A stretch of 64,000 nt of DNA from Calcarisporiella thermophila CBS 279.70 (lineage: Eukaryota > Fungi > Calcarisporiellomycota), in contig NW_027192192.1 of the NCBI RefSeq assembly GCF_041956535.1, forward strand, positions 1,339,111 to 1,403,110. Direction: 5' to 3'. The position numbers and the translations under genes were made by a program. Numbering within the stretch: position 1 is the stretch's first letter; every line of letters starts with the position of its first letter. The notes under the pieces were generated by a model. It saw only the letters and a list, made by a program, of their open reading frames with translations, was not told the origin of the DNA and searched no databases. Positions 36,853 to 50,370 of the stretch are shown piece after piece.

Positions 36853-38744
36853 CTAACACCAACCGAGCACTCGCCACCACCCCAGCCCCACGCTTAGATA
36901 GATAAGTATATGAACACTAGCAACCATGAGACCAATTCCAAACCACGATGCGCGTGAAATTCGCCCTTCTGTATAGTACATTGCCACCGTACCAGTTGAA
37001 AAATTGGTCATACATCCACCAAGAGCACTAAAATACCCTATCATTGCGATGACAACCATTGGGGGTGAGCCCAGCTTCTTGCCGGCCTCGAGAAATGGCG
37101 TAGCAAAGGCGAGAATGTGAGCGGTAAGGGAGGAAAAGAAAAATGTGCTGAAAAAATAGATGATACCAAGGGCAAGTGCGGAGGGAAGAGGGGTGAACCG
37201 TTGATGAATACTTCGAGAAAGAATATGACCAAAAAATGCACCTACACCATTCGATGAAAGTTGCTCGCTCAGTGCAATTAGACCTCCCATCCATATAAAT
37301 GCGTCGAACTATATATGATTTCACAAGAAGCAGTTTTTAACTATTGAAATACTCCGTCCAAAACAGGGGATTAGCAAAACATTTACCGCTTTTGTATTTT
37401 CGCATACATCTTTCCAGGTAATTGTTTCCATAAGTAACAAAATCACCACCCCACACACCGCTATTAGAGTCCCATCAAAGTTCGTGTAAGGTTGTGTCAT
37501 CCAAAACACCAGACATAACAGCAACACCGAACATAATTGGTATTCCTTTGATGAAAAAGGCCCAAGTGCATCTAGTTCCCTTTCAACCAGATCTCGCATT
37601 TGGTCACCAGGATCGTCCGTTATTGAACTCTCGCCGCAGATGGCAAAAAAAAGTGGTGGCAACAAAAGGGCAATCACAAGACTAGGTACAAACGCTCCGA
37701 TGGCCCATTCCCCATACCCAAATGTGACCCCCTTATACACACTAGCGGCTTTTTGCACCACGAGCGGGTTTGCCACCATTCCTGTCGCAACCATTGACGC
37801 CGATAATAAGTTGGCGTGAGCACCACACAAGGCGAGAAATTTCGTGGTATGTGAAGAAGAGTGTGAAGTATTTGGGGTGGTGGAGAGGGTGGAGGCAATG
37901 GAAACCACTATTGGAAGAATGATTCCACCGCCACGAGCCGTATTGGAAGGAACGAAAGGAGCGAGAAGGAATTCAGAGGCGAAGACAGCATAGCCAAGAC
38001 CGATGACGTTTGAGCCCATGTATTTAATAAATATGAGAGAAAGACGTCGTCCAAGTTTGGTTTTATCCACCGCTAATTTAGTCTTAAGCTTGAAAAAAAA
38101 TTCATTCAATACAAATTATACGAATAATCGAACCTTTTCCTAGCTGGAAAGATGCAAACACCATCCAATTAACATTGGTTGAAAATCCGCCAAGAGCAAC
38201 GGTGAAATTATCATGATACGTGAGGCACTGCGCTATTTTCCCCTCCAGATTACATACAAACGAGCGAGTAAATGACAAGACAACAAGCCCAGCTAGAATT
38301 AACACCGAGCCTTCGAAGGGGGTAGTTAATAGCGCAAAAATAATCCTATATCAACCATTTTAGAATCCATTGCGACACGATCGCCGTGAATCAATGAATT
38401 ACCCAACGAAAACTCCGAGCAATTGCATGGCATTATCCGACATACCATCACCAGCAGGAATATTCCAGATAATTAGAGCAACCAATAAGGAAGGAAAGAG
38501 GGATAAATATTTCGATATAAGAGGATAGCTGGTATTCCATGTTGCTAGGGTCATTACTATTCATTTGCTAAGATTTTAATACGCCGCAAGTGGTGAATAA
38601 GTTCAACTGTCTACCTTTCATTGAATCCCGATCCTTGACGGGATTTGTTAAACTACTGCTTAATCCATAGTTTCTTTCAGTATCAGAATTGATGAGTAGA
38701 GGGAGAATTTCTGTATGTTGTTGCATAGGTGGACTCATAGACAT
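36853..38744 (-). CDS. DASS/SLC13 transporter of the CitT/TtdT/plastid DiT (2-oxoglutarate/malate) type, multi-exon
   Basis: IWNIPAGDGMSDNAMQLLGVFVG, ALGGFSTNVNW, KTKLGRRLSLIFI, LGY...EFLLAPFVPSNTARGGGIILPI, TGMVANPL, ITWKDV...FDAFIWMGGLIAL, FFFSSLTAH, GLGWWRVLG. No SPX domain. Confidence 0.88.
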
Positions 38745-39581
38745 AAGGTAAGGAATTGTGAAAACTCAAGAATGACTAAAGAAGAAGGAAGACTGAAGCG
38801 GTAAAAACGGTAGCGGAGTCAAGAGGATCATAAAATAGGTTTTGGCCCGTAAATAATTTCTGATTCCTATGTGTCTATGATTTGCATACCCTTCGAGCTT
38901 TTGATGAGAATTAAATGGAGCAAGTCTTTGGAAATTATCTAAAATAGCCATTGGATCAATTTACATGTCACGAGATGACAATTACCACAGCCACAGCTGA
39001 TTGGCAAGAGGTCGGCCTATTTGGGCTTGAGCAAAATAAAGAACAACTTAAACCATAACGCTCTCCCTGAGTATTGATGCCACAGGCTGATAATCATGTG
39101 GTGACGGATGTAAACTGGTGAATATTAGAATAGGCCATCCCAAACATTGGCTGAATGACTTTGAACTTTCGTGTTATATTCTGCGATACCTATGGCTTTG
39201 CCCATAGCACAGAGTAAGCAGGCATGGAGCTTTGTCCAAACAAAACTCTCAGCCAAGGCTTACCCTAAATAGCCAAAAACGAGTTTTGAGCCAAAAATAT
39301 TTTTATTAAATACAAGTCCCTACCAAGTTTTTAAATACCAGAAACCAATATTCCTTGCTAGTAAAAGTCAACAATAAGCAAACATATACATAAGTGTAAG
39401 GTAGAGAGAGTGAATAAGCATTAAAAAAGCTTTATATTAATAGTTGTTGTTAAATACTCTATTGGATATTATGTTGTGTAATTTATGGCTGGAAAATGGA
39501 GTGACAATTAAATTCTTTGATGCGGGATTTTCATCGACTCCATCGCTCCATGAACTAAACGATTGAGCTGGATCCAATTCA

Positions 39582-41957
39582 TCACTCTTCCTCTGTATCA
39601 AACAGTAAAGGCTCATCCGAAGAATATCCTGTGTCAGGCGAGATGCTTCTCACGCGACTTCCTCTCCTCCTTCTCGGTATATTAAGTTGACCTTCATTAT
39701 TCTCTCTATATTTCCTCCATCCATCATACGCGAGCAGAATTAGTACGAAGCACACCCCTACAATAATTCCCACCTCAACACTCAAAAACACCACACCCAG
39801 GAAGGTGGACCACCACAACAATGCTCCACGTTTGTCTCCCATCCGAAGCATGCGCCACCCTTCAAACAGTTGTCCTCTGAGAAGCCCAACACATGCATTA
39901 ATAATAACAGCTGCAAGCACAGTTTGCGGAAGATAGTAAAAGAGCGGAGTTAACCAGAGTAACGTGAGGATCACTACGATAACCCCTACAAAACTCGCTA
40001 ATTGACTACGTGCACCAGTCTGCGCCAATATCACACTACGAGTCAAACTGCCGCACGATACATAGGAAGAGAGACAACTGCCACCTAGGCTGGACAATCC
40101 CAATGCGATTAGCTCTTGATCTGGATCAACAGAGTATTTAAATTGTTTCGCAAATTGCTTTCCAATAGAAATTGTCATCACGTAAGCCACTACGGAAATT
40201 ACGAGCACTGGTTGAATGAGTAGCAATGGTGTAAACTCCAAATCAGCAGGTGGATTCAAAAGCATATCGAGCGGTACATGGAAGATGGGTAGGCCTTGGG
40301 GGATATCACCAATCACAGAAACGTTAAATTTTTGGTTAAATTTAAACACGAAGCTAACAGTTGTTAAGAAGAGGACGGTCATGAGCACATCTGGAAGCGG
40401 AATGTGGCTAGATGGCGTATTTGAGCGTATATAGGACCAGGTGTTTGTTAGCTTCTTCATCAGAGTGAGGACACTACATCGGGCGTTGGAACTATTGATC
40501 GTAGATGCTTCTCCTGAGATTTCGCCACTACGCCGATTGTCATCGATTTGAACCTCATCCTCCTCAATATTGCTTGCCACATCCCTCGGTTTAATCTGCC
40601 CTTTCGCTTGCTTGGATCTTTTATCCCCAACTTCTATCTGAACTTCCGTTTCATCCCTTCCGATAGATAATGGGGAATCTGCGCTCGAGCTCTGAGGATC
40701 TGATAAAGACGACTTAAGAACGTTTTCTCTCTCTCCGGTTAATTCCTGATCCGGTCCTTCTGCAAGGGTGTGCATTGACAAATTGGTGGCACTTTCAACA
40801 TGCGGAATTTGACTGTTAGGTTCCGGTAATGCTACAGCTGTAGCAGGAGGCGGAAGAGAGAAGGGAGCAGTAGGCTGTATACCCAGAGTTTGATAATAAT
40901 CGGTATTAAGAGCTTCTTCCTGACCTAGAAAATCTGGTGCTTCCAGATTATGTTCTCCACTTCTATACTGGCTGCTTTGACTGAATCTCCGGTTCATCTC
41001 TTCCAGCTGCTTTTGGACTAAGAGCTTTTTCCTCCGCACATTCTCCAGTTGCTTGATCCCAAGTAATAGTGCCATGGCTACCAGACCGATTATGAGTGTT
41101 ATAATATTTGTCTCCTTGAGATGAAAAAGTAGGTGCTTCCAAACTTTAAAAAGCACAAAAATGCCTTTAGATCTCGGGATATGGAATCCAAATAAGTGCT
41201 TCAACTGTGAACTGCTAATGTGAACTGCAGCTGCAGTATTGAACCCAAGGACAAGTGGGTCCGGTAGTAAATTTGATGCTGCGAATCGGCCAAGTCGCAA
41301 GAGACCAAAGACGATTTGGGTTGCGCCGACAAAAAAGGTGATTAATAGTGCGGTGCTTGTAAAATATGCATTATCAATCGGGGTATTTGGATCGCTTAAT
41401 GACGATTTGAGGACATCTGTGACAGCCTGCCCAAGCAATAAAGAAGTGAGAGCGAAGGTTCCGGCGCTTAAGTGGCGGCTTGTGCCGAAAACGCAATAGA
41501 TCAGAATAGGAGCAATGGATGTATAGAGTCCGTATACAGGGGGAAGTTCTAATAAGGTAACAAATTACGAGGATTAATTACAATGGAGATGCTTAGAATT
41601 GGAAAGCATGCATCCTACCCGCTAACATTGCATATGCCATACATTGTGGAATGATCACAGTCGAAATAGCTAATTCATTCAATTTGTATAATAATTGAGA
41701 GAAAAACAAAACTAAATGAATCACTCACTTGCCCCAGCAATCAGGTCCTGAATAAGATCTTCCCGCCATTTGTATGCAGGTAGCCACTCTACCACTGGTA
41801 CCCATCTCTTTACGGCCTTGGACATGCTTCTTGCACACCTGTTTCTCCAACTAGGTGAGCTATCATCCCGTTCACTTATTTCTTCTATGCTTCCGTTGGA
41901 GAGAGACCTGTATCTTCGGCTCCCATCACCATTTCGTGAACGAAATTTAGATGTCAT
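39582..41957 (-). CDS. SLC26/SulP anion transporter, 3 exons, no STAS domain
   Basis: EWLPAYKWREDLIQDLIAG, IPQCMAYAMLA, PPVYGLYTS, FGTSRHLSAGTFA, GFNTAAA, DPDQELIALG, GSLTRS...TGARSQ. Confidence 0.92.
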
Positions 41958-42864
41958 GATATACTCTCTTGGATCGATATATCAGCAGAGTAAACCGATG
42001 AGAGTCGAGAAACAACCCAAGAGTTAGGAAGGGGTAAATAGTGGGATCAGGCTTGAACTAGGAAGGAAATCGGAAACCTTTTATGGTATTTTAATAGCAC
42101 AAGCACAACTAAATGAAAAAATACAACTACAGAGTGTTTAATGATATTATGCATGTTATATAAAGGAGATATCTGGTATCCCCGTGAATAAGTTCATAAG
42201 GAGTTTAGTGGGGTAAGTTTGTGAACCTTTAATTATGAAAATGTACTTATGTAATAGATATCATCAGGATTAACTTTGTTGGCTTAGTTATTTGAATCAC
42301 AACGGTAAGTAATAAAACGGGATAATATTGAAAGATCCCTACAATAAGCTTCGATCATTGTAAAATCATATTGTCCTGGTTAATATCCATAGTCCCTAGC
42401 TAAATAAGTTAGCCATCAGTTTTATAATGTACGGCAGCTGTTTGATATTATGCGTGTAAATCTCTCTACAAGCGATAGATTTTCCTAAAAGGTGCACCGG
42501 AAAATAGGTTGGCAAGTCTTTTTATCATACTTGATGAATGGGTTGAGTATCGAGTAGATATGATTCATTGCCTTAGAAGATATTCTTGGGTGAAGCAGTA
42601 TGAATTGTAATAAAATATTCTTCGCTATAAATAATCCCTCCATAATTTATCAATACTATCAATAGTAGTTAAATTATCATTCAATTTTGATTAAGCCACA
42701 CCCTTCACATTTATTGCTAAGAGTCGCGGTCTTCACTAGAAACTTGTAGAAAGGGTAGAATGGTATTGTTTGGGAAGAATCTGGCCATCTACTGAGCACT
42801 TCTCACAAGGATCCTCAGACCCTCAGACTTAAGTATTTATTATATCAATACAAAATATCCTCTG

Positions 42865-45800
42865 ATGAAGCGGCCGCCTTCAATACAAACTGCAGGCACT
42901 ATAACCGGCATTCTTGCCTTTGCTTTCCTTGCTTCTCAAAAACCTTTCTATATTTATTACATCGGCCTGATTCCAATTGCGTTTTGCTTCGTTTTAGTTG
43001 TTCTCATATTTTTGAATATTTTTATCTCGTATTTCTTATTCCGCTATCGCAAAAGAAGGCATGGCCTACACCATACTGCGATTCGCCTCTCCCCTCTCGA
43101 GACTCACATTCCACCTCTTAATTTTACTTCACCCGCTGTTTGGTCCAATTTACGAAAGCGTCGTGCGGAGGAGAGATCCTACTTAAAACAGCAAATAATT
43201 TCGGATGGATATCCTGCTGTTAACGAGTCTCTCAGCATTTTGCTAGACTATATCATCCGTGACTTTATAAAGCAATGGTTTCAAAATATTAGTGATGAGC
43301 CTGCTTTCCCAAATGCAGTTGATTCCACTACGCGACAAGCACTCATAGTCCTTCGTGAACGTATTGAGCGACTTGATTGGCTACATATCATGTTGAACCG
43401 TCTGATCCCTCGAATTACGACGCATATCAACGAGTTTCGAAAGGCCGAACAAGCACTTCGAGGAAGCTCCCTCGAAAGAAATCTCACTGAATCAGATGAG
43501 CTCGATCTAATGCTTGCTGGACGATACAAAAACGGGGATCTTCATCCTGCACTTTCAACTGCGCTTTCAACGCAGGACTCAGAATCATCCTATTTGCGCG
43601 CAGTGGTGGATTTGATGTTGCCTAGGATTGTGCCCTCACGAGAGTTGTCAAGCAAGCCGCTCCGTTATCTTGTACGCGAGGTGATTGCATGCGCAGTTCT
43701 TTTGCCAACTATTGGGCTTCTATCGGATCCCGACTGCTGGAACCAGATTATCAACCGCCATATAGGTATAGCTATTCGCGAACAAAAAATGGTTAAAAAG
43801 ATTCGTGAAGCCCTCGACAAGCATGCAAACGAGTTCGAAACGGTCTATAGTGATGGTGATACACCGGACAATGGCCAAATCACAGGCGATGAGGAACCAT
43901 GGGAATCACCACGCCAAGACCCTGCTTCTTTTGATGATTTTTTAGCCATGATTAAGCAATGCAACAACTTACTTGATATCAAGCGTATCCGTAATGATAT
44001 TGTGACACAAATCCGGAAAAAGAAGTCGCTGATAGTCGATCGCAAAAAGGACGAGATTGTGAATGGAGAAAAAGTAGAGGATATTAATGTCTATATAAAC
44101 CGACTCTATTTGGCGAAGCGGCAGGCTGAGAAACGAATCGCTGCGCTTTCAGGAAGAACTTATGTGGAGGTGATAATTGTTTTCATGCCTCTTCACCGCG
44201 CATTTTTTTAATCTAATTTTTTTGGACTCTAGAGAAGAGGAACGATTTCTTCAATGGAAAGCGGACACAAAAATGGTAGCAATATAAGTAGGCAGATTTT
44301 GAATTGATTAATATATTATTCCGCACTAAAAATGGGTATTGTATTTAGTTCAGAAAATCACACTTTCTGATGTGCTCTCCAACCCTTCTGGCCAGTCATA
44401 TTTTATGGAGTTTATGGACCGTAGAGGTGCCATACTTCGTGTGCAATTCTGGTTGATAATAGAAGGGTTTGGTCTGCGTGAGGATGGCCCCTTCTCTTCC
44501 GATGAAGATGAGGAGTCTCAGAGTTGGGCGAATAAAGAGGAACAGGAGAGTAGAAAAAAATTTATCGAGGCCGCGGAAATGTTTCGGCAAGATCTGCGCA
44601 AGATATATGATCTCTATTTTGCAGCTGACGCTCCACAGCATCTTACGATATCATCTTCTATCCTTGAGACAATTAAATCATTCGTTTTCGGTGCGAACAA
44701 TGACGTTTCACCTAAGGTATCTGCAAAAGAAGCAAAAGAGGCCATCTTCAGAGCTCAAGAGGAGATATTTCGCGTCATGGAAAAAGAGGATTTCCCCGTA
44801 TTTGCGCACAGCGATCTGTACTACAAGTTTCTTGCGAGTCATGTCACGACCACAGAGAAACGCCAGACATATACTAGAAAAAAGAGGTCACTTAGCTCGA
44901 ACTCCTCAACATCGCATAAGATTTCTACTGCTATTAATTCGTCCAGAAGAGAAACAAAGTTCTCCTCAGATAGCTCTCCCGTACTTGTTCCTACGGGAAC
45001 CATAGCTAGTCCGCCTCTCACTCTAGACAGCACACGTTCTGAAGAAAAAGAAACAGAGAAACCAAATAATCAAAAGAGCTCAAATGAACTTCGTGTAGAC
45101 AACATATCGCCAAGCGCTGAGAATACTCGGTCCATCGTCACCGACAGCACAGCTCCCGATATAAAACGATCTTTGTCCTGGGACTCCATTTCTCGTGGGC
45201 ATCTGTTTCCAATGGGGATACCCCTTTTTACCTCCAACTCGACCACCTCGGCCACAACCACTGCTGAAGCTACTGCGACTTCTCAGTCGTTCTTAACGAG
45301 AAGAACACTTTCGCTCCAAACACAATCCAGTAACTTTTTACCGCCTATATGGAGAATGCGTACTAGTTCTCTTCTGGGTAAGGTTGGGGGAGAGCCTAAT
45401 GATACGGTTCAACAAACCATTGCAACGGATGAGAATGGTAGCCAAAATGCAAGTACTGATTCGTCACCTCCACCACCACCGCCACCTCCACCACCACCTC
45501 CGCCTCCTCCTTCCGCTTCCATTGTTCCAACCACTTCGGCTCCATCGAACCCTGCTAATGATATCATTTCAATTTCATCCACAAGCACTACTAAAGCCGC
45601 CGCAACTGGGTTTATGTGGCGAACTCATGCCTTTGAGGCACTCGAACATGCACTCAGCTCGATTATGCGTAGTGCAAGCAAAGAGGAAGAAACGCCTTTT
45701 CAAGGAAGGAAAAATGATCAAGCAGCCGCAACTAAGATTTCCAATGTTTCTGGCGTGACTTCTCAAGAATTACCAAGCGCAATTCATTCGTCAGGACCTA

Positions 45801-47793
45801 CTGCATCTCCTTCTCCTATGATGGCTAATGTGATTGATAGCATTGGTAATTCAAGCAACGCAAGCAGCATAGCGAGCAATAGCGACATCCCATCGGCTCA
45901 ACGATACGACGAGCTGCAAGCTAACGAAAATACTGGTCCTCAGTCTGAGCGAGAGGAAAATGAGGCAATTTTAGAAGAGGACGGAAACACTGATGAAGTT
46001 GGACTCACCTCTTTGACTGCTAATGTCCACCTTGCCCCCCCTGGTGATCTAATGCTTTCTGCTAAGATTGAGCAGTTAGCTGCCGAAGTAGAGCGAATTC
46101 AACAACAGGAAACCATATTGGACACTCTAATCCGCAAGGCACACGGGGCGCACAAGCAACATGAACTACGAATTCTTAAAAAATCAAAGCAAGCTCTTCG
46201 ACGTGAGATGCAACAACTTTTGTACCAAAAAAGTCAATATGAGCTTCAGGAATCCGAAAACATGCTTTTGCCAGGTCGTTCAACGGTGAATATTACAAGC
46301 AGTACCATTGGCGTGGATGAGGCAGGAAAGGAATTTGCGCTCTATGTAATTGAGGTACACCAGCTTGGCCCGGACGGCGAATATGCGTCAGGATGGATTG
46401 TGGCAAGGCGATATAGCGAATTTTTTGCGCTCCATCAGCGTCTCAAGTCGCAGTTCCCTATCGCAAAACATTTCGAGCTTCCCGGCAAGCGCATTCTGAT
46501 GCTCTACAAATTACAAAAAAGTTTTGTTGAAAGCCGTCGACTTGCACTTGAAAAGTATCTTCAGGCGCTTATCCAGAATCGGGAGATTTGCCAGAGTCAG
46601 GAACTTCGTGCTTTTCTCTGTCAACAGAATGTGTCGTTACCTAAGTTTGCTGTAGACAATGAGGGGGATGAAAATTCCCGATCAGGAAAGCGGCAGCGAC
46701 CGGCGTCTTCCCCAACCCCTCTCCATCTCAGATGGAAATCCCGTCATCGCAAAAGTAGCAGCTCAGAAATATCGCGCAAATTTCCATTCCTATCTGCTGG
46801 CCGTCACGAAGAACCTCTAAATACCTCTACTTCATCCTCCTCTGCTGCCTCAACCTCCTCTAAGCAGCGCTCACTTGTTAAGCGTAAATCTTCCGGCTTT
46901 ATGCGGCATATTTATAAAACTATGGCCGAGGACATGAACGATATCCTCGTGGGTCCCTCCATGCTTGATTTAATAACGCAGCGGTTGGGCAAAGAAGTAT
47001 TCCAATTCGCCACAGAGGATTTAGAAGATTTACCGGCCGACGCCATTGCCGCGATTGCATCGAACTCATCGTCTATCTCCGACGAGAATCAAGCTGCCGC
47101 TTCGCCAATGGAACGGTCGGTTTCGATATCCGAAGGAAACCTAAAGGCCATAGAAAATGAGGGAGTCACACCGCTAACGGAGCCGTTATGTGATTTGTTC
47201 ATAGAACTGTTTGAGTTGAAAGATAAAAATAACTGGCTAAGACGGCAAGCAATTGTCATCATTTTGCAACAGATCCTCGGCGGAACGATCGAAAGGTGGG
47301 TCTTAGTCTTCTAGATCCGTGATAAGCACGCATGAGAATATATTTTAAACCTCTTATACGCAACCATAGAAAACTACGGGAGACGGCTAAGCAGCTCACA
47401 TCTGAGGAGCAGATCGCTCAGATTATCACCAAGCTGGCGGATAGCTTGTGGCCCGAGGGCGAGCGTCCTCGCGGCCCGAAACCTGTGCGTTCAGAGGAGG
47501 AGAAACGCCATACAAAGATGGAGGCCAACCGAAAGCTGTCGACCTGGTTACCCGGTAGCGACCATACAGTACCGATTGCAGTAGGAAATCCCACTAACTC
47601 GATTTATATATTAGACTTGATAGGAAATATGGTTGGCCGGCAGAATGCGCGTCGTGGCGCGCGGCGTCTCTTTGCAGTTTTCCAAAACCGGCGGCTTAAC
47701 CAACAGTTAATGTACATTCTACTCGACGAAATAGTAAACGCCCTCTTTCCTGGGATCCCCACTGGGGTTGCAGTACGACTGCCTATGAGCTGA
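42865..47793 (+). CDS. PXA-RGS-PX-PXC sorting nexin (Mdm1/SNX13/14/25 family)
   Basis: Two N-terminal TM helices, PXA (IIRDFIKQWF...LSDPDCWNQ), RGS (LSDVLSNPSGQSYFMEFMDRR..VQFW), PX (GWIVARRYSEFFALHQRLK) and PXC (NNWLRRQAI...GGTIER). Confidence 0.93.
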
Positions 47794-48364
47794 AAAGCAC
47801 ACAATTGAGAGGGGCTTTCTTCCTCTCTGTTGTATTGTAATTGTTTTATTTTATGATAGCTTTATGACATTATGGAGATATAACCTTTTTATTACGCATT
47901 TTTTACTGTTGGCAGCTCTTTTTTTTATCATTAATCCCTTATTAATTTCTCTGCGTCCGCTAGCATCCACCATTCCGTCTTAATTTAATTAACAAAAAGC
48001 ACTGCATATTTTTTATTGTTTTTGCTAAAATGAAATCTCGATCATTATTTGAGTCTCCGACAAGGTATTAAGTGGCCACAACTTTTTCCTTTCCCTTTCG
48101 TTTACATTTTGTTAGTCCAGTTCCTTACATCTTGCGTGTCCCCACGCACTTCGTGCCGTATACCCTTTGTTCCTTTCTGTTCAAAATATCTGCTCCTAAT
48201 TGATTCGGTACTGAGCTGGGCCTGGATTTCGTTTTAGGCAATTAGCATACTACTTCGTGCCTTAAAGCAGCCACAATAAGCCCGGGTTCACTGTGGAGCC
48301 TTAACTGATCTCTTTATAATCACTGCTCTTTGCAAACTTTTGACATTTTGTCAGAGATTGAGAA

Positions 48365-50370
48365 ATGTCATTTTTTGGGCTTTTCAAGCGTGGTGCAAAA
48401 CTGCTCCGTCCCACCACGCCCCCTCCCCACGATCAATCCGAGCAGAGAAAGTACAAAAAAGTACTCAAGACTCAATCTGTTTCCCCTCCACGGCCACCAC
48501 CTGCACCTCCTCTTGAACTAGACCAAACGAGCGAGAATGAATCGCCTCTTCCTTCGCCTTTAAGTATGGTTAACCCGGTTGATCCAGAGTATATGGTACA
48601 TAATCTTGGAGAGAAGCTGATACACGATAATGCAAAGGTATGGAATACATATAGGCATTACACAGAGATGGGATTGTATGTATTGAATTTGTATTTTTTT
48701 GTTTGGTGCGATGTTTGGAACGATAGGTTCTTCTTCGAACCGTGCTCTTGGAGACAATGGATAGGAGTCGGCTATTGTTGGAGCATCGATTATTTTTGGC
48801 AACATATAAAGGGTATGCTTTGTACATTCCGAACTCAGTCACGTATGCCTTGTTGAGTTGTGAGCCCATTATTAAAACTAGGCTATTCGTTTCGCCAGTA
48901 GAAAGCGCGCTTGAACGAGGAACAAAAGTGTTGTGTATAGGGTTGGATAATATTAAAATTTATTATCAACGATTGCATTTAGAGCTCATGGTTTTTTTAT
49001 TTTTTTTTTCACTTAGATGTGGAGATGGACTTTGGGTCATTGTAAGTGTTAACGACTTATGTAACATACCCTAGTTTATCTTAATCTTTTTTTTTTTCTT
49101 TTTTCAGGAAATGGCTCTCAAGTATCCTCGCTCCCATATTGTTGGGGTAGATCAAACTCTCCCAGCTGTGGCCAGAGGCCCCCATCCGTCCAACTCCAGC
49201 TTTCAGATTATCGGGTTCAAAAATATGCATTTACCTTTTGAGGACAACGCTTTTACCCTTGTCTACCACCGCATGATCCTCCTCTCGTTGCCAACTGCTG
49301 AATTAACCACGTTGCTAACTGAAGCAGTGCGAGTTGCTCGGCCTGGGAATGGGTGGATCGAATTTTTAGACGTAGATAACAAAGTCTATCGCGGTGGAAC
49401 AAAAATGCGCGAACTTCTTTCACATGGTTGGCTTTGATAATTAATGGTCGGTAGAAAGCTAGAAATAACCCTATCATTAATTATTAGTAAATGGAATATT
49501 ACGAAACTACGATGTGAATCCTCACGCGGCAAAAGGCTTGGGCGGTTTGTTTGGTGAGATTGGCCTTACCGAAATCAAGAAGAGCTGTCTCTCATTTCCA
49601 CTAGGAGGTAAGCTTTTTGTTTTGTTCTATTTTTCCTAGTTAATTTTTTTTTACATAATTATCAACATGTTACTTTCTACTTCTTAGAATGGGGCAAAAA
49701 CATCGGAAATACCCACGCTCATACCTTTCTCCCGCTTCAGGCGCAACTTTTCAAGCAGCCATCACAGCAACTCCCTTTTGATCTTGCCACTGACCCCCTC
49801 AAAGAGCGGCTAATTGAAAAGTGTCATGAGGAATTGGAAAAACACCAAGCCTACATCAACTATTACTTGGTGTTTGGCCAAAAACCTGCTGAACTCCAAT
49901 TGCCAAGGAGAAGAGCATCCGAAAAGTTTCTCGGAGCCTATTCTTCAATCCGCTCAACTAAAACTCTCCCACTTCGCTCTTCGCTACATTCAATTATGAC
50001 ACCACCATCAAGTTGTCGCTCCTCCACTGATTCCACTGCCGGACGAGCCACTATGTTTTATGATGCAGACGAAGAGAGTATCTCATCGACAGATGAGATC
50101 TTGGCATCTCTCGATATTATCGCATCACCACGACAAGAACGCACGAGATCTTCCTCGGTCACCGCGTTAGAATCTGGGCAGTCCCCAAGAAACTCGCCCT
50201 CTTTCTCAGTTCTAAGGGTGCGACATTCGGATGGATCATTGGCTGCACGTCGACGACGGCAACAACACCAGCAAGCAATACAGAAGCATAAAATGTCACA
50301 ATATTACGGTACCGCTAGAGAACTGGAAAGGAAAAGAAGTATTATTGGTACAACGTATGCATATTTTTAA
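48365..50370 (+). CDS. Class I SAM-dependent methyltransferase (LaeA/TdiE-like), multi-exon
   Basis: DRSRLLLEH, LFVSPVE..LERGTKVLCIGCGDGLWV.EMA.KYP.S...GVD, LPFEDNAFTLVYHR, EAVRVARPGNGWIEFLD, SFPLGEWG. Confidence 0.8.
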
